Shown: positions 1-9,372 of the stretch, piece by piece | How positions within the stretch are numbered: the stretch's first letter is position 1 | Layout of the letters: every line of letters begins with the position of its first letter | From: an uncultured Chloroflexia bacterium | Lineage (GTDB): Bacteria > Chloroflexota > Limnocylindria > Limnocylindrales > CSP1-4 | Direction of reading: 5' to 3' | Length of the DNA: 64,000 nt | NCBI GenBank assembly: GCA_963833225.1 | Contig: CAWHXD010000017.1 | Location: 160,001 to 224,000, forward strand | The notes under the pieces: generated by a model | What the model saw: the letters and a program-made list of their open reading frames with translations, nothing else | Told to the model about the DNA's origin: nothing | Database searches by the model: none | Made by a program: the position numbers and the translations under genes

Positions 1-178
1 TCGGCAAGCACTGCCATCGCTCGGCGAACCCTACCAGAGCCGGCGCGAGCAGCCCGTGGCGGGACCAACGTCCGCGTCGTCCGGTACCTCGGTGCGGGCC
101 CCGTCGTCGAGGCGGGCCTATACTCTGGGCCCTGTTGGGCCGGAAGGCGGCCGCTGCGTCCTGTGCTTCGGGAGCACC

Positions 179-1447
179 ATGACCGAGATCCTCACCGAAT
201 CGTTCTGCGAACGGTGCGGCACGCGCTACACGTTCGAGTCGGCTGCGCCTCGCAAGTCGCGCATCGGGCGGGTGAAGGTCGTGTCCAGGGGCCTCCGGAA
301 CTACGTCCTGCAGGACGAGAGCTCCCTGAGCGAGGCGCTGGCCGACGCGCGCTCCGAGGAGGAGCGCGCCGCGACCTCGTACCAGCTCGACGCGTTCCAC
401 AAGACGTTCAACTTCTGCATGACCTGTCGGCAGTACACGTGCGGCAACTGCTGGAACGACGTCGAGAGCCGCTGCCTCACCTGCTCGCCGCTGCCCGAGG
501 CCGAGACGCCCGTCGTGCATGCAGCGGATCTCCCCGCAACTCCCCCGATCGTGGTGGTGGGGGCGACGGAGACCGGGACCGATCCCGAGAGTTGGCCGGA
601 TGCCGACCTTGCTCCCGACCGGGTGGCGCGCGCGATTGGGGCGCCCGAGACCGAACCGGATGCGCCCTCGGCGCCATCGCCGGCACGTGGCGTGGCCCCG
701 GGCCAGAGCATCGAGGACGCGGTCGCGCAGTACGAGGCGCAGCTCGCAGCCGAGGAGGATGCCGAGCTCGAGGCCGAGCTGATGGCAGGTTCCGATGCGC
801 TGGACGAGGTGACCTTGTCCGACGGTTGGAGCTCGGCCTCGACGGGCGCGATCCGCCCCATCGCCGCGACGGCGGCCGAGCCGGAGCCGGAGCCCGTCGT
901 GGCGGCCGAGCCGGAGCCCGTCGTGGCGGCCGAGCCGGAGCCGGAGCCCGTCGTGGCGGCCGAGCCGGAGCCGGAGCCCGTCGTGGCGGCCGAGCCGGAG
1001 CCGGAGCCCGTCGTGGCGGCCGAGCCGGCGGCAGCCGGACGCGACGTCATCGAGCAGCCGACGTGGCCGGTCCAGCCCACGACCGAGCCAGCGCCGGTCA
1101 GCCTGCCCGAGCCCGCCGCTCCCGCCGCGAACCCGTGGCTGACGGTGGCTCCCGACGATGGCTCCCCGGAGCCACAGTGGCCGCTGGCGCCCACCTGGGC
1201 GCGCACCGCCAGGCAGGACGGCCCGACGACGCTCGCCGGCCGCCAGCTGGCGCCCAACGACAACGCTGCCGCCCTGTGGGCCGCATCGGCTCGCGAGGTT
1301 CTCAGCGGTAGCTCCAGTGGCTCCAATGGCCCGCTCGCCCCAGCCGCCGCCCCGGCGCCGGCCACGCCCCAGCCGTGCGTGCAATGCGGCCTGTCGCTGT
1401 CGGCGAACGCCAAGTTCTGCCGCCGCTGTGGCACCCGCCAGGGCTGA
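179..1447 (+). CDS. Uncharacterised multi-Cys zinc-finger protein with acidic/Pro-rich linker and C-terminal double zinc ribbon
   Basis: ATG at 179 after GGAG. CxxC pairs CERC, CMTC, CGNC, CLTC in the N-terminal part and CVQC/CRRC at the C-terminus. TATACT upstream at ~119. Confidence 0.8.
   Translation: MTEILTESFCERCGTRYTFESAAPRKSRIGRVKVVSRGLRNYVLQDESSLSEALADARSEEERAATSYQLDAFHKTFNFCMTCRQYTCGNCWNDVESRCLTCSPLPEAETPVVHAADLPATPPIVVVGATETGTDPESWPDADLAPDRVARAIGAPETEPDAPSAPSPARGVAPGQSIEDAVAQYEAQLAAEEDAELEAELMAGSDALDEVTLSDGWSSASTGAIRPIAATAAEPEPEPVVAAEPEPVVAAEPEPEPVVAAEPEPEPVVAAEPEPEPVVAAEPAAAGRDVIEQPTWPVQPTTEPAPVSLPEPAAPAANPWLTVAPDDGSPEPQWPLAPTWARTARQDGPTTLAGRQLAPNDNAAALWAASAREVLSGSSSGSNGPLAPAAAPAPATPQPCVQCGLSLSANAKFCRRCGTRQG
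871..1028 (+). repeat. Coding tandem repeat, ~5 copies of a 30-bp unit (one 24-bp variant) encoding AAEPEPEPVV
   Basis: ggcggccgagccggagccggagcccgtcgt visibly repeated. Confidence 0.95.
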
Positions 1448-1449
1448 CC

Positions 1450-2355
1450 CTACCCGGCGTCCTCGGTGGTCCTCCACCGGACCCGCGTCCAGGCCGCCCC
1501 CAGCAGCAGCAAGTTGAAGCTGATCGAGAGCCACGCGAGCAGCGCGAACAGCGCGACGAAGGTGCCGTAGATCGCCGCCACACCGGCCAGGCGCGGCCCG
1601 ACCCACGTGAACAGCTGCGCGAAGGCCGCCAGGATCAGCCCCACCAGTACCGCGGGGGCGAGCATGGCGCGGATCGGGGGCGCCTCACCGGGCACGAACC
1701 GGTACACGAGGAACGTCGCCCCAACGAACAGCAGGAGCGCGCCGACGGGCGTCGCGAGCTGCCAAAGCGTGCGGGCGACCCCCTGGATCTCCGGCACGCC
1801 GGGAGCCAGGTCGAGCACCCAGCTGGCGAGGGATCCCAGGACCAGCGCCAGGATCGGCATGGCCACGATGATGATCGTGATCAGGAAGCCGCGGAGCGTC
1901 CGCTCGATCTCATTGCGCTTGGGCGCGCTCCGGAAGATACGGCTGAAGGCATTGTCGATGGCCGAGTAGAAGCGGCTCGACCCCCACAGCAGGCCGACGA
2001 TGCCGATGATCCCGGACGGGACGGCGCCCCTCGAGACCTGCTCGAACGCGATCCGGGCCACCTCCTCGAGCGGTGGCACGGCCCGCCCGATCGCACCCAC
2101 GATGAGATCGCGCTGCGCCGGATCCTCCACCCAGAACCCGACGGCGGATACCAGCAGGAGGAGCCCGGGCAGTAGCGCCAGCAGGGCCGTGTAGGCAAGG
2201 CCACCGGCAACCAGCCCGCCGCCGGCCCGGCTGTACGTGTCGAGCGTGGCCACGAGGATCCTGACCGCCGGGATCCGGCCCACCCGTGCTGCAACCTCGG
2301 CCCCCCACGCGCGGAGGCGCTGCGCGCGACGCTCACCTCCCGAGAGCGGGTTCAC
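1450..2355 (-). CDS. YihY/BrkB family inner membrane protein
   Basis: AGGLAYTALLALLP, LLWGSSRFY and YGTFVALFALLAWL motifs; multiple TM segments. Confidence 0.9.
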   Translation of the reverse strand: MNPLSGGERRAQRLRAWGAEVAARVGRIPAVRILVATLDTYSRAGGGLVAGGLAYTALLALLPGLLLLVSAVGFWVEDPAQRDLIVGAIGRAVPPLEEVARIAFEQVSRGAVPSGIIGIVGLLWGSSRFYSAIDNAFSRIFRSAPKRNEIERTLRGFLITIIIVAMPILALVLGSLASWVLDLAPGVPEIQGVARTLWQLATPVGALLLFVGATFLVYRFVPGEAPPIRAMLAPAVLVGLILAAFAQLFTWVGPRLAGVAAIYGTFVALFALLAWLSISFNLLLLGAAWTRVRWRTTEDAG

Positions 2356-2600
2356 GGCGTCAGGTGTCCAGGTCCTCGAACAAGCCGGGCTGGAGATCCC
2401 CGGCGTTGACGCGACGGGGCGCGGACGACGAGCGCCTTCACCTCGCCCCGGCGCACGTACCGCCGACCCCCGAGCTTGATGCTCGACAGGCGCCCGGCTC
2501 GCGCCCAGCTGCCGATCGTCTCGGGTCGGAAGTGGATGTTGGCGGCGGCGAGAATCCCCGCCGCCTCCGTCAGCGTGATCCAGTCGGCGGCGGATGGCAT
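2352..2600 (-). CDS. Small excisionase/MerR-like helix-turn-helix protein (possible frameshift near 3' end)
   Basis: WITLTEAAGIL...TIGSWARAGRLSSIKLGGRRYVRRGEV fits the HTH_17 pattern. Confidence 0.75.
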   Translation of the reverse strand: MPSAADWITLTEAAGILAAANIHFRPETIGSWARAGRLSSIKLGGRRYVRRGEVKALVVRAPSRQRRGSPARLVRGPGHLTP

Positions 2601-2610
2601 GCTCGGGGCC

Positions 2611-3015
2611 TCAGTCGGTCGTGTGCTGCTTGGGGGCATCGGATGACGTGGGCGATGCCTCCGTCGATGTCGAACCGGACCTCCCGCCATCCCTCGGGGC
2701 GCTCCCGCCCTCCTTCGTGCCGTCCGGCGGGCTGCTCGCGCCCTCCTTCGCGCCGTCGCCCCGGCCATCCTGCCTGCTGTCTCTCGAGGACTCGCTCGAG
2801 GACGACCGTGCGGCGGCCTTCGTGGAGCTGGCACTGCCCCGGTCCTTCTTGGCCCACCCGGAGCCCTTGAAATGGACCGCGGGCGCCGCGAACTGCTTGC
2901 GCATGGTCCCCTCGGACCCGCACGACGGGCAGAAGTGGGGACCAGGATCGTTGATCCCGTGGAGGATGTCAGCGCGATGGTCGCAGGCGGTGCAGAGGTA
3001 GTCGTAGACGGGCAT
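2611..3015 (-). CDS. FmdB family zinc-ribbon protein
   Basis: MPVYDYLCTAC...CPSCG...FKGSGW signature followed by a low-complexity tail. Confidence 0.9.
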   Translation of the reverse strand: MPVYDYLCTACDHRADILHGINDPGPHFCPSCGSEGTMRKQFAAPAVHFKGSGWAKKDRGSASSTKAAARSSSSESSRDSRQDGRGDGAKEGASSPPDGTKEGGSAPRDGGRSGSTSTEASPTSSDAPKQHTTD

Positions 3016-3071
3016 CGTTGGTCCCTTCGAAAGCCGAGCCGACGCCCCTGCGAGCCATCGGCGTGAGGATC

Positions 3072-3824
3072 TCAGCCGCGAAGCAGCCGCATCCCGCATT
3101 TGGGGCAGTAGAACGCGCGCTCGTGGCCGGAGGCGAAGCCGCAGTGCGCGCAGACCAGGCCCCCGCGACCCGCGGCGGGCACCGGTCGGTCCACCGCGGT
3201 CAGGCCCATGGCGTACTGGCTCGCGAGGATGTTGGTCAGGATGCCGCCCAGGATCCTCGAGGCGATCCGGTCCGTGTCCCCCCGAACCCCCTTGCCGCCC
3301 CAGCCGACGACACCTCGAACGATCATGTCGCCCGTCGCCTCGTCCCAGTGGGATGCAAGCCCGCCGATCACCGCGCTGTAGTCCGGATAGCCGGACGTGT
3401 CGGTCTCACCTTCCAGCAGCGAGCAGACGAAGGTGTCGAAGGCCAGGTCCACGGCGTCGATCGACTCGAGGACCACGAGCGCGTGCCGGGTCACGGGGCT
3501 CAGCTCGTGATGCGCGTTGAGCCACTGCATCGCCTCCGACGGGCGCGCGATCACCGGCACCGCCTGCGCGAACTCGAGGGGCAGCGGCTCGACGACCTCG
3601 ACGGGGTGGCGAGCCAGGCCGTCGAGCATGCGTGGGAGCTCGTCCATCGCGCGTCCGCCAACCGCTCGCATCCGGACGCCCTCCGTGCTCTTGCCCGCGT
3701 AGTAGAGCTTGAGCTGGTACTCCTGGGCGACGATCTCCTCCGGCAGCCCCGGCGCGGCGGTCGGCTGACGGGCGGCGCTGGCCTTGCTGGAATCGCCCTT
3801 GCGCTTCAGGAACTCGAGGGGCAC
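3072..3824 (-). CDS. Hypothetical protein with C-terminal zinc ribbon
   Basis: 250-aa ORF with GGAGG RBS; ends CAHCG...YCPKCG. Confidence 0.8.
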   Translation of the reverse strand: MPLEFLKRKGDSSKASAARQPTAAPGLPEEIVAQEYQLKLYYAGKSTEGVRMRAVGGRAMDELPRMLDGLARHPVEVVEPLPLEFAQAVPVIARPSEAMQWLNAHHELSPVTRHALVVLESIDAVDLAFDTFVCSLLEGETDTSGYPDYSAVIGGLASHWDEATGDMIVRGVVGWGGKGVRGDTDRIASRILGGILTNILASQYAMGLTAVDRPVPAAGRGGLVCAHCGFASGHERAFYCPKCGMRLLRG

Positions 3825-3888
3825 GGCGTCCTCCGGGCGACGGCATCGCGGTGGTCAGCCGTCATCCTAGCAGCGCCGGCGCGTCGCC

Positions 3889-5931
3889 TCACCGGCCAGG
3901 GGGCGTCCGCCGCCTCGCGGTCACCGTCGTCGCGTCGCTGGCGACCAGCCAGCGCACGCCACGCGGTGGAACCTCCACCGGCTCCCCCACGGGGTGCGCC
4001 GACCGATCCAGCAGATCGATGATCCGATCCGTCGGCGAGGGCGGCAGCAGGTCGGCCGCGACGGTCCTCGGTTCGTCGGCGAAATTACTGACGGCGAGGA
4101 GCGACCCGATCGGATGGTCGCGCCGGAACGCGAACACTGCCGGGTCGCCAGGCTCCACGACATCGAGCGGCACCGCGGCATGGAGCTGCGCGGCCGATTG
4201 CCGGGCGGCGATCAGGTGGCGCAGATCTCGATAGATCCGCCCCGCGACCGTCCCACGCCGGAGACGGCGCCGCGCCGCCGACCAGTCCATGCGCGGCCGG
4301 TGCAGCCACCGGTTGTCGCCACGATGGGCCGGATCGTCGACGTACCCGTCATCATTGCGCATACCCAGCTCGTCGCCCATGTACAGCAGGGGCAGCCCAT
4401 CCCAGGCCAGGATCAGGGCGTGTCCCAGGCGGATGCGCTCGATCGCCGCGTCGACCAGATCGGGGGCGTCGGCCTCGAGCGCGGCCTCGAGACCGGCGAG
4501 GCTGGCGAACGACCCGCTGATCCGGCTGTCGCCCGTGGATGGCACGTACTGGAAGACCGCCCCGCGAGCGAAGCTTCCGGGAAAGCGACCCGCGTAGAAC
4601 TGGGACAGGAAGCCCCGGTGCGAGGGGCCGCCCCAGCCGACCGCCTCGGCCGCCTCATTCATGATGGCCCAGCCGATGTCGTCGTGGCACCGAATGTAGG
4701 TGGCCCACGCGGTGTTAGATGGCTTCCGCGGCAGGCCACCAAGCACCTGGGTGGCCAGGCGCGCATCGCGGGTTGCCAGCGCGGACCAGAACTGGACCAT
4801 GAGGCTGTTGTGGTACGCCATGTCCGAGACCCGGCCGTGGTGGCGCCCCTCGCCCAGGTAGCGAGTCAGGTCACCCGGGCCAACGATCGCCTCGGCCTTG
4901 AAGATGATGGCCGGGGCGACGATGCGGGCGCAGGCTCGCAGCGCCTGGAGCAGATCGTGGACCTCCGGCTGGTTCTGGCAGTTGGTGCCCAGCCGCTTCC
5001 ACATGAACGCGACCGCATCGAGGCGGAATACCTCAACCCCGCGGGCGGCCAGCGCCAGGAGCACATCGAGCATCTCGAGAAAGACGCTCGGGTTCGACCA
5101 GTTCAGGTCCCACTGGAAGGCGTTGAAGGTGGTCCAGACCCACCGCCCATCGGGTAGCTGGGTGAAGTTGCCGGGGGCCGTCTCCGGGAAGGTCTCCGGC
5201 AGCGTCCGCTCCCATCGGTCAGGCTCCGTCCGGTCCGGATAGACGTAGTACATCGCCGCCGCCTCGGCGTCGCCCGCCGCGGCCGCCACGGCCCAGGGAT
5301 GCTCGGCCGCCGTGTGGTTGAGGACGAGGTCGATGCACAGGCTCATCCCGCGATCGCGGAGCCGATCGCACAGGTGCTCGAGATCGTCCATGGTCCCGAG
5401 CTCCGGCTCGACCTGGCGGTAGTCAGCAACTGCATAGCCGCCGTCCGTCTCGCCAGAGCGGCTGCGGAGCAGCGGCATCAGGTGCAGGTAGCGGATGTCC
5501 AGCTCGGAGAGATAGTCAAGATGCTCCGCGACGCCCGCCAGCGACCCTCCGAACCGGTCCGCGTAGCAGACATAGCCGATCATCGACGGATCCTGGAACC
5601 AGTCGGGCCGGATCGTCCGCTCCAGGTCCAGTGACACCAGTGCCGGGGGGCGCTCCCGGTAGCGGTCCGCCATCAGCTCGACCAGCGACACCAGCGCGGC
5701 GCTTCCACGGGCATGGGGGCCGTAGACGTTCACCCACGGCTCTGCAAGGTCCGGCCACCACCGGGCGAGCCTGACCAGGAACAGCTCGACATCGCGGGCG
5801 GGCATCCCAGCCAGTCGCCGTCGCGCGACCGCGGTGGCGGTGACCAGGTCGAGGAACGGAACCGGCGACCCAGGGGAGGAGTCCCGGGACGCCGGGTTCC
5901 GCTTCCTGCGCGACGACGATCCTCGGGTCAA
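3889..5931 (-). CDS. GH13 amylosucrase/sucrose hydrolase-like glycosidase
   Basis: DGGYAVADY, DLVLNH, FRLDAVAF, KAEAIV and RCHDDIGW motifs. Confidence 0.9.
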   Translation of the reverse strand: MTRGSSSRRKRNPASRDSSPGSPVPFLDLVTATAVARRRLAGMPARDVELFLVRLARWWPDLAEPWVNVYGPHARGSAALVSLVELMADRYRERPPALVSLDLERTIRPDWFQDPSMIGYVCYADRFGGSLAGVAEHLDYLSELDIRYLHLMPLLRSRSGETDGGYAVADYRQVEPELGTMDDLEHLCDRLRDRGMSLCIDLVLNHTAAEHPWAVAAAAGDAEAAAMYYVYPDRTEPDRWERTLPETFPETAPGNFTQLPDGRWVWTTFNAFQWDLNWSNPSVFLEMLDVLLALAARGVEVFRLDAVAFMWKRLGTNCQNQPEVHDLLQALRACARIVAPAIIFKAEAIVGPGDLTRYLGEGRHHGRVSDMAYHNSLMVQFWSALATRDARLATQVLGGLPRKPSNTAWATYIRCHDDIGWAIMNEAAEAVGWGGPSHRGFLSQFYAGRFPGSFARGAVFQYVPSTGDSRISGSFASLAGLEAALEADAPDLVDAAIERIRLGHALILAWDGLPLLYMGDELGMRNDDGYVDDPAHRGDNRWLHRPRMDWSAARRRLRRGTVAGRIYRDLRHLIAARQSAAQLHAAVPLDVVEPGDPAVFAFRRDHPIGSLLAVSNFADEPRTVAADLLPPSPTDRIIDLLDRSAHPVGEPVEVPPRGVRWLVASDATTVTARRRTPPGR

Positions 5932-6773
5932 CCCTTGACCGAGCCGGCGAGCAGCCCCCGGACGAAGTAGCGCTGCAGGCCAAGGAACACAGCCACGGGC
6001 ACGATCATCGACACGAAGGCCCCGGCCGTGAGCAGCTGCCAGTCCTGGCCCTTGGTGCCCGTCATGGACACCAGCCGCTGGGTCATCACCGCGACGTCCG
6101 CGCTGGTGCCCAGGAAGGTGGCCGCGACCAGCAGGTCATTCCAGACCCACAGGAACTGGAAGATCGCGAACGACGCCAGCGCCGGCACCGAGAGCGGCAG
6201 GATCAGCTTCGTGAACGTCGTGAAATGTGACGCCCCGTCGAGCGACGCGGACTCGATCAGATCCTTGGGCAGCTGGCTGATGTAGTTGTAGAGCAGGTAG
6301 GTCGCCAGGGCCAGGCCGAACCCGGCGTGCGCGAGCCAGACGGCGAGGAACGTCCCGTTCAGGTCGATCAGGAGATAGGCCTTGAGGACGGGGATCAGCG
6401 AGATCTGGAGTGGCACGACCAGCAGGCCGACCACCGTGATGAACAGGATCCGCCGGCCCGGGAACTGCATCCAGGCAAACCCGTAGGCGGCGAACGCCGC
6501 GATGAGGATCGGGATGGCCACGGCCGGGATGGTGACGGCGAGCGTGTTGAGGAACGCCGTCGCCAGGCCGTCGCCACCGAACAGGACCTTGTCGTAGTTG
6601 TCGAGCGTGAAGCCGCCCTGTCCAAAGGCCGCCCACCAGCCCGAGTTCGAGATGGCCTGCTTGTCGCGGAACGAGGTGACGAACAGGCCGATGGTCGGCA
6701 CTGTCCAGATCACGATCAGGAACACGACCGTGAGGTTGATCGCTACGCGTGACCAGGTGATCCGTCGCATCAC
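5928..6773 (-). CDS. Carbohydrate ABC transporter permease (AglG-like)
   Basis: ESASLDGA EAA motif; FLWVWNDLL. Confidence 0.92.
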   Translation of the reverse strand: MMRRITWSRVAINLTVVFLIVIWTVPTIGLFVTSFRDKQAISNSGWWAAFGQGGFTLDNYDKVLFGGDGLATAFLNTLAVTIPAVAIPILIAAFAAYGFAWMQFPGRRILFITVVGLLVVPLQISLIPVLKAYLLIDLNGTFLAVWLAHAGFGLALATYLLYNYISQLPKDLIESASLDGASHFTTFTKLILPLSVPALASFAIFQFLWVWNDLLVAATFLGTSADVAVMTQRLVSMTGTKGQDWQLLTAGAFVSMIVPVAVFLGLQRYFVRGLLAGSVKG

Positions 6774-6780
6774 ATCGCCC

Positions 6781-7890
6781 TCAGATCGCCCGGCCGCGGA
6801 ACTGCCGGAGGTTGTACCAGATCACCGGGGTGACGGCGACCAGCAGGATGATCGCCAGCGCTGAGCCTCGCCCGGCATCGAGGAAGATGAACGCCTGTTT
6901 CCACATCAGGGTCGCGATGACCTGGGTGTTGAAGTTGCCATTCGTCATCGCGGTGACGATGTCGTAGATCTTCAGGGTCAGGATCGCGATCGTCGTCGCC
7001 ACCGTCACGATGGTGGGCCAGATGGTCGGCACGACCAGCCGCCGGAAGATCTGCCATTCGCCGGCCCCGTCGATCCTGCCCGCCTCGAGCATCTCGTCGG
7101 GGACGCCCTTGAGCGCCGCCGAGATGATCACCATCGCGAAGCCCGTCTGGCCCCACACCAGGATCACGATCAGCAGGATCGTGTTGAGCGGCTCGCCCGT
7201 CAGCCAGGAGACCGGCGAGATGCCGAACTGGCCAAGGATGGCGTTGAGCAGCCCGATCTGCGGCTGGCCCTCCGGCTGGAGCGACAGGACGAACCGCCAG
7301 ATCACGCTGGCGCCCACGAACGAGATGGCCATCGGGAGGAAGATCAGCGTCTTCGCGAGGCGGTCGATGCGCGACCGCTCCACCAGCACGGCGATGGCCA
7401 GGCCCATCGCGGTGCTGAACCCGGTCCCGAACACCAGCCACAGCACGTTGTTGCGGATCGCGGTCACCATCTCGGGGTTGGTGAACGAGTAGACGTAGTT
7501 GTCGACGCCGACGAAGTCCTTGCCGTTGGCGCCAAACAGGCTCCCCCAGAAGGTGAGCACGGCGGGAACCAGCAGGTAGAAGGTCAGGATGGCCACGGCC
7601 GGCCCAACGAAGACGAACGGAATGATCCGGCGCTGCCAGGCAGACGGCAGCTTCTCGGTCATCCAGTTGGCCACGACGTAGAGGAGGGCGACCCCACCGA
7701 TCCCCCAGACGATCGCCACGGCCACGATCACGAGCTTTGGGGCGCCGCTGTCCCGCAGGAACATGAAGCCTGCCCACAGGACGATGAAGGCCACGATGGG
7801 GACGAAGATCGAGACGACGACCCGGCCGACGCCTGTCGCGAGTCCCTGCCCGATGCCGCGCGCCGGGGGCACGGCACTAGCCTGCTGCAT
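6781..7890 (-). CDS. Carbohydrate ABC transporter permease (AglF-like)
   Basis: EAGRIDGA motif; LPMAISFVGASVIW. Confidence 0.92.
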   Translation of the reverse strand: MQQASAVPPARGIGQGLATGVGRVVVSIFVPIVAFIVLWAGFMFLRDSGAPKLVIVAVAIVWGIGGVALLYVVANWMTEKLPSAWQRRIIPFVFVGPAVAILTFYLLVPAVLTFWGSLFGANGKDFVGVDNYVYSFTNPEMVTAIRNNVLWLVFGTGFSTAMGLAIAVLVERSRIDRLAKTLIFLPMAISFVGASVIWRFVLSLQPEGQPQIGLLNAILGQFGISPVSWLTGEPLNTILLIVILVWGQTGFAMVIISAALKGVPDEMLEAGRIDGAGEWQIFRRLVVPTIWPTIVTVATTIAILTLKIYDIVTAMTNGNFNTQVIATLMWKQAFIFLDAGRGSALAIILLVAVTPVIWYNLRQFRGRAI

Positions 7891-7976
7891 CCCTCGAACC
7901 CTCCTCCCGCCACACGACCGGCAAATCAGCAGTGGCGGAGCCGCCGGCGGGCTCCGCCACTTGTGCTACCGCTGGC

Positions 7977-9275
7977 CTACTTTGGCCAGCTGGCGGCGAT
8001 GTTGCTGAGGGCCGTGTCGAGGTCCTCGGTTCCGGTCAACACCTTGATGGGCTCGGTCCAGAACGTGCCCGACCCGACGGCCTTCGGCATGGCGTCACCA
8101 CCATCGAAGCGAACGAACGCCGCGTCGACGATCGATTGCGCGAACGCCTTGTCGAGCGCCGAGGAGTAGAGCGAGACATCCTGGGTCTTGTACGGGAACA
8201 GGGCGCCACCGGCCTTCTGCCAGGCGATGCCGGCTTCGGGCGTGGTGAGGAACTTGAGGAACGCCCAGACCTCAGGGCGATCCGCGAATGCCACGGCCTG
8301 GTCGCCGCCGACCTCGGCGGGCGTGCCGATCGCGGGGTCGATGGCCGGCAGCGTGAACACGCCGACCTGGTTGTCCAGGTCCGCCTGGATGGCGTCCGGG
8401 AAGAAGGTGGTGATGAAGTTGCCCTGGTTGGTCAGCAGGCACTTGGGCGGATTGTCGAACGCCGCCTTGGGCGCCTCGCCGAACGCGGTCTGCACGATGT
8501 ATTCCGGACCACCGTAGACGTACTTGGGGTTGGTCCAGATGTCCAGCACGCGCTGGAACGCGGCCTTGACGGTGGGATCCGTGAACTTCGTGGTGCCGGC
8601 AACCCACTTGTCGTAGCCGTCGGCACCGACGGACCGGAGCATGACCTCCTCGACCCAGTCGGTGAACGGCCAGCCGGTGCCCGCGCCACTCTCGATGCCG
8701 ATGCACCACGGCGGGGTTCCGTCCGCGGCGATCTTGTCCATCAGGGTGATCATCTCGTCCCACGTCGTGGGCGCGGTGTAGCCGGCGGCGTCCCAGACGG
8801 GCTTGGGATAGAACACGAGGCCCTTGAGGTTGACGCGATGGAACACGCCATAGACCTGGCCGTCGTCTGCCGTCCCCACTTCCTTCCAGCCGGGACCGTA
8901 GTTGGCGTCGATGGATGAGATGACGTCAGCCGGCAGCGGGAACAGCTTCCCGTCGGCCGCGAAGGTCTTCATCAGGCCGGGCTGCGGCAGGAGCCCAACA
9001 TCGGGCGTGTTGCCGGCAGCCGCCTGCACGACGATCGACTGCTCGAAGGTCTTGTCGCCGTTGTAGGTGACCGTGGCGCCAGTGGCGTCCTCGAAGGGCT
9101 TCACCGCGTCGGCGAAGCGCTGCGCCTCGACGTCGACGAAGGCACCGCTGACGGTGATCGTCTTGCCGGCCAGGTCCCCGCCGCCGGCGGACGGAGCCGC
9201 CGAGCTGGTCGAGCTGCCGCACGCGGCAGCCACGAGCACCGCCGACCACAAGCCGACCATCAACCGCTTGTTCAT
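7977..9275 (-). CDS. Sugar ABC transporter substrate-binding lipoprotein (AglE-like)
   Basis: GGAGG RBS, lipobox VAAAC, PWCIGIESGAGTGWPFTDW motif. Confidence 0.9.
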   Translation of the reverse strand: MNKRLMVGLWSAVLVAAACGSSTSSAAPSAGGGDLAGKTITVSGAFVDVEAQRFADAVKPFEDATGATVTYNGDKTFEQSIVVQAAAGNTPDVGLLPQPGLMKTFAADGKLFPLPADVISSIDANYGPGWKEVGTADDGQVYGVFHRVNLKGLVFYPKPVWDAAGYTAPTTWDEMITLMDKIAADGTPPWCIGIESGAGTGWPFTDWVEEVMLRSVGADGYDKWVAGTTKFTDPTVKAAFQRVLDIWTNPKYVYGGPEYIVQTAFGEAPKAAFDNPPKCLLTNQGNFITTFFPDAIQADLDNQVGVFTLPAIDPAIGTPAEVGGDQAVAFADRPEVWAFLKFLTTPEAGIAWQKAGGALFPYKTQDVSLYSSALDKAFAQSIVDAAFVRFDGGDAMPKAVGSGTFWTEPIKVLTGTEDLDTALSNIAASWPK

Positions 9276-9327
9276 GTACTCCTCCTGCGGATCAACCGCG
9301 CGAGCGGGCCCGATTCCGAGTGACGAA

Positions 9328-9341
9328 TGGAACCGGTTCCA
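9328..9341. promoter_or_regulatory. LacI-family operator TGGAACCGGTTCCA
   Basis: Perfect palindrome with central CG upstream of the binding-protein gene. Confidence 0.8.
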
Positions 9342-9372
9342 CGATACCTCTCCGGCTAGCGTACCAAGGGCG

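Noticed and set aside
871-1028. Possible CRISPR array
   Set aside because: Units are contiguous without unique spacers and lie in frame within a CDS; no cas genes.
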